Source of the DNA: Candidatus Latescibacterota bacterium
Lineage (GTDB): Bacteria > Latescibacterota > UBA2968
Length of the DNA stretch: 64,000 nucleotides
Assembly (NCBI GenBank): GCA_965204745.1
Contig: OZ242010.1
Span: 2,272,001-2,336,000 of the forward strand
Direction: 5' to 3'
Shown piece by piece: positions 38,454 through 48,494 of the stretch. Every line of letters begins with the position of its first letter. Position 1 is the stretch's first letter. The notes beneath the pieces were generated by a model. It saw only the letters and a program-made list of their open reading frames with translations, was not told the origin of the DNA and searched no databases. The translations under genes and the position numbers were made by a program.

Positions 38454-41400
38454 ATGACAGGACAACTTTTTACCCAGAACTTCCTCACCATCGGCATACG
38501 AGACACGGATGAATGGCGGGGGTTGGACGCGCCATTTGCCGAGTTTCAACGCGATGTCGCGCAAGCCTATCAGAGCTTCGAGACGCGCCAAGCACCCAAC
38601 GAAGCCGTCACCGAGGAAGACCTCATCCGCCCGATTTTGAGACTGCTCAATTGGACCGACTACTCGCCGCAACAGGACAGTGGCGACGACATTCCCGATC
38701 ACCTGCTGTTCGCCGATGCGGAATCCAAAGCGCGTGCCGATGCCCGCAGCAATGCGCGCCACCGGTTCAAAGACGCCCTGGCGATTGAAGAAAGCAAGCG
38801 GTTTGGCCGTTCGCTCGACGCACGGGATGGCAACCGCACGCCCCACGGGCAGATATCCGAGGCCCTGTCAACTGCGGTTGCCCTCTCGGATGGGCAAATC
38901 CGCTGGGGCATCTTGACCAATGGCCAGAGGTGGCGTCTGTACGACTACCGCACCCGGCCGCGCACGAGCAGTTACTTTGAGGCCGACTTGGACGACTTGC
39001 TCCAGCCCGGCAATGAAGACGACCTCCGCGTCTTTTATCTCTTGTTTCGGCGCGAGGCGTTCATCTATCGGGATGGCGCGACAACCACCTTTTTGGAATA
39101 CGCCCTGGCCGAGGGGCAGCGATACGAAGACGAGGTCGCAGAAGACCTTTCGAGCGTGGTCTTTGAGCGCGTCTTTCCAAATCTCGTTGCAGCACTTGCA
39201 GATGCCACCTCGGAAAACCTGTCAAAAATCCGGGAAGCCGCCCTGATTTTTCTGTACCGCGTGCTCTTTGTGCTCTACGCCGAGGACAGGGGCTTGTTGC
39301 CGGTCAACGAATCGCGTTACGACGACTATGGCCTGCGAAAGCGCGTGCGGGACGACATCGCGCGCCGGATGGATCAGCAAGATGCCTTTTCCAGCATCGT
39401 GACCAATTATTTCGATCACCTTTCCAACCTGTTCCTGATTATCAACACAGGCGACCCGTCCATTGGCCTGCCGCCCTACAACGGTGGCTTGTTCGCGCCA
39501 GAGGTCGCACCCCTTCTAGAAACCGTCCGCCTGCCCGACGCCACTATCGCGCCGATCATCTACGACTTGAGCCACACCGAGTCCAAAGGCAACCGCAACT
39601 TTGTCAATTACCGCGACCTGTCCGTGCAACAACTCGGCTCCATTTGGGAGCGTCTCCTCGAACGCGAACTCGTGCGTGAAGGCGACGAGATCGCCATTCG
39701 CCTCAATGCGTACGCCCGCAAAGACAGCGGCAGTTTTTACACGTCCCAAGACCTCGTCGATCTCATTGTGGCTAGGACCCTGAAACCCTTAGCCGAAGAG
39801 CGTCTCAAGGCATTTGAAGACAAAGCCGCCGCGCTCGCCCATGACCCCCGGCCCAAAGCTGAGCGGAAAGCCGAGTTGTGCAAATGCGACCCGGCCGAGG
39901 CGGTCTTGAATCTCAAAGTTATGGACCCGGCCATGGGTAGTGGGCACTTCCTCGTCACTGCGGTCGATTTCCTCGCGGACATCATCTCCGAGTTGGTCGA
40001 GCGCGTTCCCACCCCCAAGTGGCTGAACGGGGAATACGTCTCGCCACTCATGGCGCGGGTGACGGCGATTAAAGAGGACATCGTCCAACGGGCAAAGGCA
40101 TCCAACTGGATTTTGAACGAATCCCAACTGACCGACCAAGCCATCATCCGGCGCATGGTGCTCAAGCGGTGCATCTACGGCATAGACAAGAACCCGCTCA
40201 CCGTGGAACTGGCAAAGGTCTCCCTGTGGTTGCACAGCCTCACGATGGGCGCCCCCCTGTCCTTTCTCGACCACCACTTGCGCTGCGGGGACTCGCTCAT
40301 GGGCATGCGCGTCAAAGACGCCATTGACGAAATGAACCGACTCGGCGGCCTGTTCGTCCACAATGCCATTGCCGGGGCCGAAGCCGCCACCGCGGGCATG
40401 CAACGCATTGAAGAAATGTCTGACGCGGATATGACCGAAGTGCAAGAATCCGCGTTCCTATTCGGGCAAGTGGAAGATACAACCGCTGCCCTGCGCGGCC
40501 TGCTCGACTTCCTCTGCGGCCTGCGCTATCTGACCGCGGGGATGAACCCGCGAGAACTCGCCGCTTATGAAGCCCCGCTGATGACAACCCTCGGCCGGCA
40601 ACCGGAAAATGCTTATGGGCTTTTGTCCCGAGGCCCTGACGAGAGGGGCGATGGCGCGGATTGGTCGGGCTTCTCCGAACTGTGGCGAGACGCCCATGCC
40701 ATTGTCCAGCGCGAGCGTTTTTTGCACTGGGAGGTCGCGTTCCCGGGCGTGTGGCAGAACTGGCAACACAATCAGCCAGAAGGCGGCTTTGACGCGGTGA
40801 TCGGCAACCCGCCGTGGGATCGCATCAAGTTGCAAGAGGTCGAGTGGTTCGCAAGCCGCGCGCCCGAGTTGGCACGCGCCCCAACCGCAACAGCGCGGCG
40901 CACCGCCATCCAAAAGCTCCGCAAACAGGCCGATCCGCTGGCCGCCGACTTCGACGCGGCCAAGGCGCAATCGGACAAACTCGCGCACTGGGTCCGCACC
41001 TCTGGCGACTATCCCCTGCTCGGTGGCGGCGACATCAACCTCTACGCCTTGTTCGTGGAGCGGGTGATGAGCCTCGTAAAGCCGGATGGCATCATCGGCT
41101 TGATTACGCCCTCGGGCATCTATGCGGACAAGACCGCGGCACCCTTCTTCAAATCCGTCTCCACTGCCGGGCGCGTCGCCTGCGTGTTCGATTTTGAGAA
41201 CAAGAAAATTTTCTTCCCGGACGTTCACGCCTCATTCAAATTCTGCGCCTTCGTATTCGGCGGCGAAAACCGAACATTCGCCGAGACGCACTGCGCCTTC
41301 TTTCTCCACGACATCGCAACGATTGACGATCCACAACGCTGTTTCCCGCTGACGCCGGACGACTTCGCCCGCGTCAACCCCAACACCGGCACTGCCCCTG

Positions 41401-42569
41401 TCTTTCGCAACCTCAGAGATGCCGAGATCACCCGCTACATCTACGAGCTCCACCCTGTATTGGTCGATCACGCAGGGGACAAAGAACGCCGCGCTTGGCC
41501 GGTGCGCTACAACAGAATGTTCGATATGACCAACGACTCTGAACTCTTTCGCACGCGGGAAGAATTGGAAGAGCGGGAAAGCGCGTATCCCACAGGGGAC
41601 AAAGAACGCCGCGCTTGGCCTGTCAAGTACGCCACGATGTTTCACATGACCAACGACTCTGGACTCTTTCACACGCGGGAAGAATTGGAAGAGCGGGAAG
41701 GCGCGTATCCCATCGGCGGCAATCGCTTCAATAGTCCAAGCGGGGAATGGCTACCGCTGTACCAAGGCCGAATGATTTGGCAATTTGATCACCGCGCTAA
41801 CTCGGTTCGCATCAACCCTCAGAGTACGCACAATCCCTATTTGAGCGAGGAAGTCAGCGCGGGGCAACACGCGGATCCGGACTTTCTCCCGCAACCGCAA
41901 TACTATGTTCCTGCGGAAAATGTGGAGATGGCCTTTCCGCAGAGCAGCGGCTGGGCATTGGGTTTCCGCGACATTACCAACCCGACTAATATGCGAACGA
42001 TGGTCGCATCTATTGTCCCATGGGCGGGCTATGGCAACACCCTTCCCCTGCTCATCGGCGATGACAGCGTCGCCGCGATGTGTCTGGTTGCGAATTTGAA
42101 TGCTCTTGTATTCGATTTTGTTACGCGCCAGAAAGTGCAAGGTCAGCATTTGAACTGGTTCATCATCGAGCAACTCCCGGTCATCGCCCCGGACGCTTAC
42201 GATAGGAAATTCGGCCCCAAAACCGCCCGCGATCTCGTCCGCGAAGCCGTGTTGGAACTCACCTATACAGCGCACGACATGGCCCCTTTCGCCCGCGACT
42301 TGGGCTATGTCGATAAATCGGGCGAGGTGCTGCCGCCCTTTGTTTGGGACGAGGACCGCCGCCTGCGTTTGCGCGCCAAACTCGACGCGGTATTCTTCCA
42401 TCTCTACGGCATTACTGACCGCGATGATGCGCGCTATGTCTATTCGACATTTCCCATTGTCGAGCAGCAAGAAACCGCCGACTATGGCCGGTATTTGTCC
42501 CGCGATCTGTGCCTCGCGTACATGAACGCACTGGCGGCCGGTGACGCGGATGCGGAGCCGGTGGTGTGA
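38454..42569 (+). CDS. Type IIG (Eco57I-like) fused restriction endonuclease / N6-adenine methyltransferase
   Basis: PDHLL...IEESK nuclease motif, WGILTNG, RKDSGSFYT, DPAMGSGHF (motif I), GNPPW (motif IV), C-terminal TRD. Confidence 0.9.
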   Translation: MTGQLFTQNFLTIGIRDTDEWRGLDAPFAEFQRDVAQAYQSFETRQAPNEAVTEEDLIRPILRLLNWTDYSPQQDSGDDIPDHLLFADAESKARADARSNARHRFKDALAIEESKRFGRSLDARDGNRTPHGQISEALSTAVALSDGQIRWGILTNGQRWRLYDYRTRPRTSSYFEADLDDLLQPGNEDDLRVFYLLFRREAFIYRDGATTTFLEYALAEGQRYEDEVAEDLSSVVFERVFPNLVAALADATSENLSKIREAALIFLYRVLFVLYAEDRGLLPVNESRYDDYGLRKRVRDDIARRMDQQDAFSSIVTNYFDHLSNLFLIINTGDPSIGLPPYNGGLFAPEVAPLLETVRLPDATIAPIIYDLSHTESKGNRNFVNYRDLSVQQLGSIWERLLERELVREGDEIAIRLNAYARKDSGSFYTSQDLVDLIVARTLKPLAEERLKAFEDKAAALAHDPRPKAERKAELCKCDPAEAVLNLKVMDPAMGSGHFLVTAVDFLADIISELVERVPTPKWLNGEYVSPLMARVTAIKEDIVQRAKASNWILNESQLTDQAIIRRMVLKRCIYGIDKNPLTVELAKVSLWLHSLTMGAPLSFLDHHLRCGDSLMGMRVKDAIDEMNRLGGLFVHNAIAGAEAATAGMQRIEEMSDADMTEVQESAFLFGQVEDTTAALRGLLDFLCGLRYLTAGMNPRELAAYEAPLMTTLGRQPENAYGLLSRGPDERGDGADWSGFSELWRDAHAIVQRERFLHWEVAFPGVWQNWQHNQPEGGFDAVIGNPPWDRIKLQEVEWFASRAPELARAPTATARRTAIQKLRKQADPLAADFDAAKAQSDKLAHWVRTSGDYPLLGGGDINLYALFVERVMSLVKPDGIIGLITPSGIYADKTAAPFFKSVSTAGRVACVFDFENKKIFFPDVHASFKFCAFVFGGENRTFAETHCAFFLHDIATIDDPQRCFPLTPDDFARVNPNTGTAPVFRNLRDAEITRYIYELHPVLVDHAGDKERRAWPVRYNRMFDMTNDSELFRTREELEERESAYPTGDKERRAWPVKYATMFHMTNDSGLFHTREELEEREGAYPIGGNRFNSPSGEWLPLYQGRMIWQFDHRANSVRINPQSTHNPYLSEEVSAGQHADPDFLPQPQYYVPAENVEMAFPQSSGWALGFRDITNPTNMRTMVASIVPWAGYGNTLPLLIGDDSVAAMCLVANLNALVFDFVTRQKVQGQHLNWFIIEQLPVIAPDAYDRKFGPKTARDLVREAVLELTYTAHDMAPFARDLGYVDKSGEVLPPFVWDEDRRLRLRAKLDAVFFHLYGITDRDDARYVYSTFPIVEQQETADYGRYLSRDLCLAYMNALAAGDADAEPVV

Positions 42570-42925
42570 CCTATCCCCCCGGCCCCCGTTATTCGATTCG
42601 CTCATTGTAAGGCTACGCCTGCGCGCCTGCGAGGGGGACCTACCCCCTGGCCCCCTTCCTACGAGGAAGGGGGAATGGCGAAAGGTTTTGCGAGGGGAAG
42701 GGGTGAGGGATTTTTAATCGCTTTGTCCCCTCGGTCAATGCCATCAGAGCAACCAGAACGAGAAGCCACCAAAGGCACTTTACTCCCCTTTCCTCGTAGG
42801 AAAGGGGCCGGGGGATAGGTCCCCTCGGTCAATGCCATCAGAGCAACCAGAGCCAGAAGCCACCAAAGGAACTTTACTCCCCTTTCCTCGTAGGAAAGGG
42901 GCCGGGGGATAGGTCCCCTCGCAGA
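42568..42925. repeat. REP-like family A cluster with two tandem 94-bp units
   Basis: Same units and orientation as 9050-9656. Confidence 0.88.
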
Positions 42926-43012
42926 ACTTACTAAATTGATTTTTTGTTGTCCTAATCTGTTTGAATGTCTCGTCGTATCACTCCCGTCGTCCTATCACAG
43001 AAAGGAATGGAG

Positions 43013-43972
43013 ATGAAAATCGTTTTGCACCCCCCGGTCGATGACGCCCTTTGCCAGCAGGTTCGAGACACCGCGCCCGACGCCGAAGTCGTGATGGTCG
43101 ATCAGGGCGATGCGGTCGCTGCCGTTGCCGATGCCGAAATCATCTTTGGCGTTTTTACGTCTGAATTGGTGTGCGCGGCGCCCAACCTCAAGTGGATTCA
43201 ATCCACGAGCGCGGGCATGGACAAGGCCCTGATCCCAGAAGTGGCGGACAGCGACATCGTCCTTTGCAATGCCAGCGGCGTGCATGCGGTGCAGGTTGCC
43301 GAACACGCCTGGGCACTCACCACGGCCCTCACGCGCGGGCTTCACGTTTCCCTGCGCCACCAGCGCGACCACGCCTGGAAGCGACCGCCCCTCGCGGATT
43401 TGTTGGGGGCGACCGTTCTCATCATCGGGTTTGGAGGCATCGGCCAGTACTATGCCCAACTCGCGCAGGGCTATGCGGCGCGGCTGATCGCGTTGGATAT
43501 TCAGGGCGGCGACAAACCCGATTACGTGGAAGCGATCTGGAGCATGGATCGCTTGGACGAGGGCCTGCAACTCGCCGATGTCGTGTTCATCGCCGTGCCG
43601 TACACGCCCGAGACCGCAAAACTCATCGATGCCCGCACCTTGGGGCTGATGAAAAACACCGCGTTCTTGGTCAACACCGCGCGCGGGCCTATCGTGGATG
43701 AAGCCGCTTTGGCCGAAGCACTCCAATCCGGCGAAATCGCAGGTGCGGGCCTGGACGTGTTTGAACGAGAACCGCTGTCCCCGGACAGTCCACTATGGGA
43801 CTTGGAAAACGCCATCATCACTCCACACGCGGCCGGGGGATCGCCCAATCGGCACAACCGAACCGTGGCGTTTTTCTGTCAAAACCTCAAACGCTACTTG
43901 GCCGGCGAGCCGCTCTTCAACGAAGTGGATAAATCCCTCGGCTATCCCAAACGGGAACGCCGCGTCAATTAA
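43013..43972 (+). CDS. D-2-hydroxyacid dehydrogenase
   Basis: GFGGIG, NTARG, GLDVFEREP, TPHAAG. Confidence 0.93.
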   Translation: MKIVLHPPVDDALCQQVRDTAPDAEVVMVDQGDAVAAVADAEIIFGVFTSELVCAAPNLKWIQSTSAGMDKALIPEVADSDIVLCNASGVHAVQVAEHAWALTTALTRGLHVSLRHQRDHAWKRPPLADLLGATVLIIGFGGIGQYYAQLAQGYAARLIALDIQGGDKPDYVEAIWSMDRLDEGLQLADVVFIAVPYTPETAKLIDARTLGLMKNTAFLVNTARGPIVDEAALAEALQSGEIAGAGLDVFEREPLSPDSPLWDLENAIITPHAAGGSPNRHNRTVAFFCQNLKRYLAGEPLFNEVDKSLGYPKRERRVN

Positions 43973-44030
43973 AAGCGGGAATGTGCGAATAGACGCCCCC
44001 CGGTCAATTCCATTCACATGAGAGGGAAAA

Positions 44031-45635
44031 ATGAAAAAACCCAACATCATCGTCATTCTCGTAGATGACATGGGCTATTCCGATCTGGGGGCTTATGGCG
44101 GTGAAATCCGAACCCCCAACCTGGATCGCTTGGCGGCTCGTGGCCTGCGATTCACGCAGAGTTACAACTCGGCCCGCTGTTGTCCTTCGCGGGCTTCTCT
44201 GCTTACGGGCTTGTATTCCCATCAGGCGGGCATTGCCAATTTCACGGGCAAGGACCAAACCGCCGAGTTGGGCCCCGCGTACTTGGGGCGGCTGAACGAC
44301 AACTGCGTCACAGTGGCCGAAGTCCTCAAAACCGCGGGCTACAACACCTACGGCGTGGGCAAGTGGCACGTCGGGGACCAGCTCAATCCCATCGACCGGG
44401 GATTTGACGAGTACTACGGGTTCATCAAAGGGCACAGCGCGTCGCAGTGGGAACCGGAACACTACTATCGCCATCCCGAGTCCTGCACCCCGGAACACGA
44501 GTACGCGCCCGACGCGTTTTATGCCACAGACGCATTTGGCGATTACGCCATTGAATTTATCGACCAAGCGCGACGCAAAAACGCGCCGTGGTTCCTCTAT
44601 CTCGCCCACTCGGCACCGCATTGCCCCCTGCACGCGCCGGTGGAAACCCGGGATTCCTATCTCGACATCTACCGCCGCGGCTGGGATGTGTTGCGTCGCG
44701 AACGCTATGAACGCCAGCGCGCATCTAACTTGGCAACCGAGAACTGGCAATTCACCCCGCGTTCTCTCGTACCTATCGAGGAAAACGAAGCGATAGCCCA
44801 TGGGTACAGCGGCGAGCAGAATCCCGCGTGGGTCGATCTGCCCGAAGATCGCCGCGAGGATCTCGCCTATCGCATGGCGGTCTTTGCCGCGATGATCGAA
44901 CACATCGACCGCGGCGTCGGCAGAATCATCGACCTGTTGGAAACCACCGGCGACTTGGACAATACGCTCATCTTGTTCACGAGCGACAACGGCGCGAGTT
45001 ACGAATGGGGCCCTTTTGGGTTTGACGTGCGAAGCAGGGCGGGCATCACGCATCTCCACACCGGCGACGACCTGCAAAAGATCGGCGGGCCGGGGACTTA
45101 CCATGCTGTCGGCAGCGCGTGGGCATGCCTGAGCAACACGCCCTTGCGAATGTACAAACACTACAACCACGAAGGCGGGAATTGCAGCCCATTCATCGCG
45201 CATTGGCCCGAAGGGATCGCGCAACCCGACCGCTGGGTTCGCACGCCCATGCACCTGTTTGACATCATGCCGACCCTGTGCGAAATCGCCGCCGCCAACT
45301 ATCCGCAAACGCACAACGGCAACCGCATTCACCCGCAAGAGGGGATGAGCCTCATCCCTCTGTTCAACGCCCGCGACCTGCCCGAGCGCGCCCTGTGCTT
45401 CGACCACTTCGACGCCAGTGCCATCCGCAAGGGCCGCTGGAAATTGCTACGCGGAAATACGCGCTATCCCACCCGCGACTGGGCACTCTACGACATGGAC
45501 GCGGACCGCTGTGAAACCACCGATCTCTCGGCCCAGCATCCCGAATTGGCACGAGAACTCGAGCGCGAATGGCACGCCTGGGCCATCCGCGTCAAAGTCC
45601 ATCCCTACCACTTGGCGGCGGGCACCGCGGACTGA
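44031..45635 (+). CDS. Arylsulfatase (formylglycine-dependent)
   Basis: PNIIVILVDDMG, CCPSRASLLTG, GKWH, SDNG. Confidence 0.95.
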   Translation: MKKPNIIVILVDDMGYSDLGAYGGEIRTPNLDRLAARGLRFTQSYNSARCCPSRASLLTGLYSHQAGIANFTGKDQTAELGPAYLGRLNDNCVTVAEVLKTAGYNTYGVGKWHVGDQLNPIDRGFDEYYGFIKGHSASQWEPEHYYRHPESCTPEHEYAPDAFYATDAFGDYAIEFIDQARRKNAPWFLYLAHSAPHCPLHAPVETRDSYLDIYRRGWDVLRRERYERQRASNLATENWQFTPRSLVPIEENEAIAHGYSGEQNPAWVDLPEDRREDLAYRMAVFAAMIEHIDRGVGRIIDLLETTGDLDNTLILFTSDNGASYEWGPFGFDVRSRAGITHLHTGDDLQKIGGPGTYHAVGSAWACLSNTPLRMYKHYNHEGGNCSPFIAHWPEGIAQPDRWVRTPMHLFDIMPTLCEIAAANYPQTHNGNRIHPQEGMSLIPLFNARDLPERALCFDHFDASAIRKGRWKLLRGNTRYPTRDWALYDMDADRCETTDLSAQHPELARELEREWHAWAIRVKVHPYHLAAGTAD

Positions 45636-45654
45636 CCCCTTCCTGCCAACCGCT

Positions 45655-45825
45655 TGGGCGGTGGCGGGGTTGCCTCACCTCTTGTATCTTTGGGCGAGCA
45701 CAGCGATTGCGCCTTTATGTTTCTCTCACCTCTTACGTCTTGCCTCTTGCGTCTCACCTCTCCCGTCTCCCGTCTTACCTCTCACCGCAGGGGGTTGGGC
45801 GGGGTGGGAACTGACAACTGACCAT
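45655..45825. repeat. Composite heptamer repeat element
   Basis: Homologous to 24890-25045 (TCTCACCTCTTACGTCTTG, TCTCCCG repeats, GGGTTGGGCGGGGT, ACTGACA). Confidence 0.75.
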
Positions 45826-45841
45826 TATCCCCGAGGACGCC

Positions 45842-47134
45842 ATGAAAATCACCCAATTTACAATGGAAGAGGTGCGCTGTTTTGCCGAACGCCAGCAATT
45901 CGACATCCGCCCCCTGACGTTTTTGGTGGGCGAAAACAGCACGGGCAAGACGACCATGCTGGCGTGTTTTCAAGCGTTGGCAAATTATTTGAAGCGCGGG
46001 GAGATGGATTTCAATTCGCAACCCTACGCCCTGGGCATTTTTCGGGACATCGTCAGAAACAGCAAAAAAAGGGAAAAAGCCTTTCGGCTCGGATTTGTGG
46101 TTGAAGGCGATTCTGAAAATGTCGAATACACCGTCGAGTTCGTGCAAAAAAGGGATGGAGTTGAACCCGCCATCGCGTCCATAAAAATAAAATTCACTGA
46201 CGGGGAGATCGTTTTCAAATACGAAGATACGGGGAAAGGAGAGGCGCGTCTCACAGACTTTGATGCAACGAAGAATCAATACCACGTAGAAGCACCTGAT
46301 GGCTTTCCACCTTTCTTTTACTTTTCACCCTTCTTTAATTTGACGCTTTGGATTAGCGTGCTCAATGGCAAAGGCAAACACGCCTTAGAGAAATATGTAA
46401 AGCAGAAGTATCAGGGCACTAGATACTCGGGCATGATGCGCGCCATATCCGTAGTCAGCCTCTCGCCGATTCGCGCCCGCCCAAAGCGGACTTATGATCC
46501 GACGCGGGAATTTAACGACCCCGAGGGAAGCGATGTGCCGATGCGGTTGATGCGGACGCAAGCGACGAAAAAAGAGCGATGGGAGGGCTTAAAACAAAAA
46601 TTGGTCGAATTTGGCAAGCACTCGGAACTGTTTCAAAACATAGAAATTAAAAACCTGGGCGGGTCTCTGGGCGACCCATTTCAACTGAAAGTCAAGGTGC
46701 GAGGCCCCAGTGCCAATCTCATTGACGTGGGTTATGGCGTCAGTCAAATCCTGCCGATCTTGGTGCAGATTTTAGACGCCGATATTTATAGCAACGCGAG
46801 AACGACCTTCTTATTGCAACAACCCGAAGTCCATCTCCATCCCAAAGCGCAAGCGCAACTGTCTTCATTGCTCGTCGAATTGGCGAATCACGGGCACCAT
46901 GCATTCATCGTTGAAACGCATAGCGACTACATGATTGACCGCGCGCGCATTGAAATCCGAAGAGGCAATATCAGCCCCAAAGACGTGTCGCTGATCTATC
47001 TGGAACCCAAGGGCCGCGTCGTCCATGTCCACAATATCCGCTTCGACAAAATGGCAAACATGCTCGACGTCCCCCCGCATTATGGCAAATTTTTCCTGCA
47101 AGAAACCGACCGTCTTATGGGATTTGAGGATTGA
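45842..47134 (+). CDS. ABC-type/AAA_15-like ATPase (DUF3696-type C-terminus), putative defence
   Basis: GENSTGKT, DVGYGVSQ signature, QQPEVHLHP, ETHS. Confidence 0.85.
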   Translation: MKITQFTMEEVRCFAERQQFDIRPLTFLVGENSTGKTTMLACFQALANYLKRGEMDFNSQPYALGIFRDIVRNSKKREKAFRLGFVVEGDSENVEYTVEFVQKRDGVEPAIASIKIKFTDGEIVFKYEDTGKGEARLTDFDATKNQYHVEAPDGFPPFFYFSPFFNLTLWISVLNGKGKHALEKYVKQKYQGTRYSGMMRAISVVSLSPIRARPKRTYDPTREFNDPEGSDVPMRLMRTQATKKERWEGLKQKLVEFGKHSELFQNIEIKNLGGSLGDPFQLKVKVRGPSANLIDVGYGVSQILPILVQILDADIYSNARTTFLLQQPEVHLHPKAQAQLSSLLVELANHGHHAFIVETHSDYMIDRARIEIRRGNISPKDVSLIYLEPKGRVVHVHNIRFDKMANMLDVPPHYGKFFLQETDRLMGFED

Positions 47135-47136
47135 TT

Positions 47137-47556
47137 ATGTGCGTTATTTTGGATGCCAACGGTCTTGGTCAATACAAGGATCCGAACAATGCGGAGATGC
47201 AACCCGTGCGGGATTGGCTCAGAAGATCCGGGAAAATCGTTTATTCCGACACCGATAAAGTTAGAAAAGAATGGGCAAAAGGGGGCGGACACAATTTGAT
47301 GCGGGAACTACAAAGGCGGAACAGCCTCAAGTTGGTGTCGATTCGAGATGTGCGACAAAAAGAGAATGAACTCAAAGGGAACATAGAATCAGATGACGAA
47401 CACATTATTGCACTCGCTATGGTCGCAAACGTAAAGGTCTTGGTTTCCAAGGACAAGAAATTGCACCGAGATTTCAAGAACCGCGATCTGGTCGGCGGCA
47501 AAGTGTATCAAACAGCGCGACACAAACACCTACTGACCAGAGATACTTGTCCTTAA
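47137..47556 (+). CDS. PIN-domain protein
   Basis: VILDAN, SDDEHIIALA, VLVSKDKKL; starts 2 nt after the ATPase stop. Confidence 0.75.
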   Translation: MCVILDANGLGQYKDPNNAEMQPVRDWLRRSGKIVYSDTDKVRKEWAKGGGHNLMRELQRRNSLKLVSIRDVRQKENELKGNIESDDEHIIALAMVANVKVLVSKDKKLHRDFKNRDLVGGKVYQTARHKHLLTRDTCP

Positions 47557-47606
47557 TCGGCTTTCAGCCATCAGCCCCGCCGCTTCGCATATCCCCGAGG
47601 TCTTCC

Positions 47607-48419
47607 ATGAAAATCATCATCCTCTCCACTATCGGCGCGCTCATTTTGCTCGGCGTGGGTGTGTACATTGTGTTTCAAGTTTCCGAGCGCGTCCAAACCG
47701 AAGACAAATCCTTTTTCCGCATCGAAGCCCGATGGCTCTACGGGTTCTTGGTATATGCCTCGGTCACGGTCACCATCTTTCTGATCTTGGTCTTGCAAAC
47801 CTCCCTCACGCGCCAGACGCGAACGCTTGAAAACACGCAAGCGCGCTTCCAGCAAGAACTCACGGCTTTTCGCACGCGCCTCGGCGACCAAACCGACCGC
47901 CTCATGTCGCAGATCGATGAAAAGGCCGAACTGACCGGCTCAGAAATCGAGATGCGCGGCAAGTTGTCCAATGAGATCGCCCATCACCAACGCACGCGGC
48001 AAGAGCGAGACGCAACACGCGCTGACTTGCAAACCACCCAAGGCGAACTCAAGCGGGAAACGCGGGCGCACTATGCCTATCGGGATAGCCTCAACACGGA
48101 GCGATCCCTACACGCAACCGTGCGAAAACAACTCGCGGACGAACAAAAACAGCATGCCAAAAACCGCGACATCTTGCGAAATACCCGACAAAATCTCGAC
48201 CACGCCAACGAGCGGCTGGATACGCAAAATCGGCAACTCGCAGCACTGCGAAACGATTTCAAACGCGCCCAGGACACCGCCGACAACGCGCTCCAAATCG
48301 CCGAAACAGCCAAACGCCTCCTGCGTCAATCCAACGCCCAGCAACGCGCATTGACGACCCTTCAAGCCACTGCGGATTCGCTCTTCCTCAAAGAATTTAA
48401 GCGACCGCGAGAGCCGTAA
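47607..48419 (+). CDS. Hypothetical protein with two TM helices and a long coiled coil
   Basis: Two hydrophobic segments followed by a heptad-rich Q/R/E region. Confidence 0.7.
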   Translation: MKIIILSTIGALILLGVGVYIVFQVSERVQTEDKSFFRIEARWLYGFLVYASVTVTIFLILVLQTSLTRQTRTLENTQARFQQELTAFRTRLGDQTDRLMSQIDEKAELTGSEIEMRGKLSNEIAHHQRTRQERDATRADLQTTQGELKRETRAHYAYRDSLNTERSLHATVRKQLADEQKQHAKNRDILRNTRQNLDHANERLDTQNRQLAALRNDFKRAQDTADNALQIAETAKRLLRQSNAQQRALTTLQATADSLFLKEFKRPREP

Positions 48420-48494
48420 AAAAATATGACCCCATCCTCGTCTCGATCCTCGGCGGAGCGAGTAATGGGAATTCCCAACCCATTGGAGAAACAC

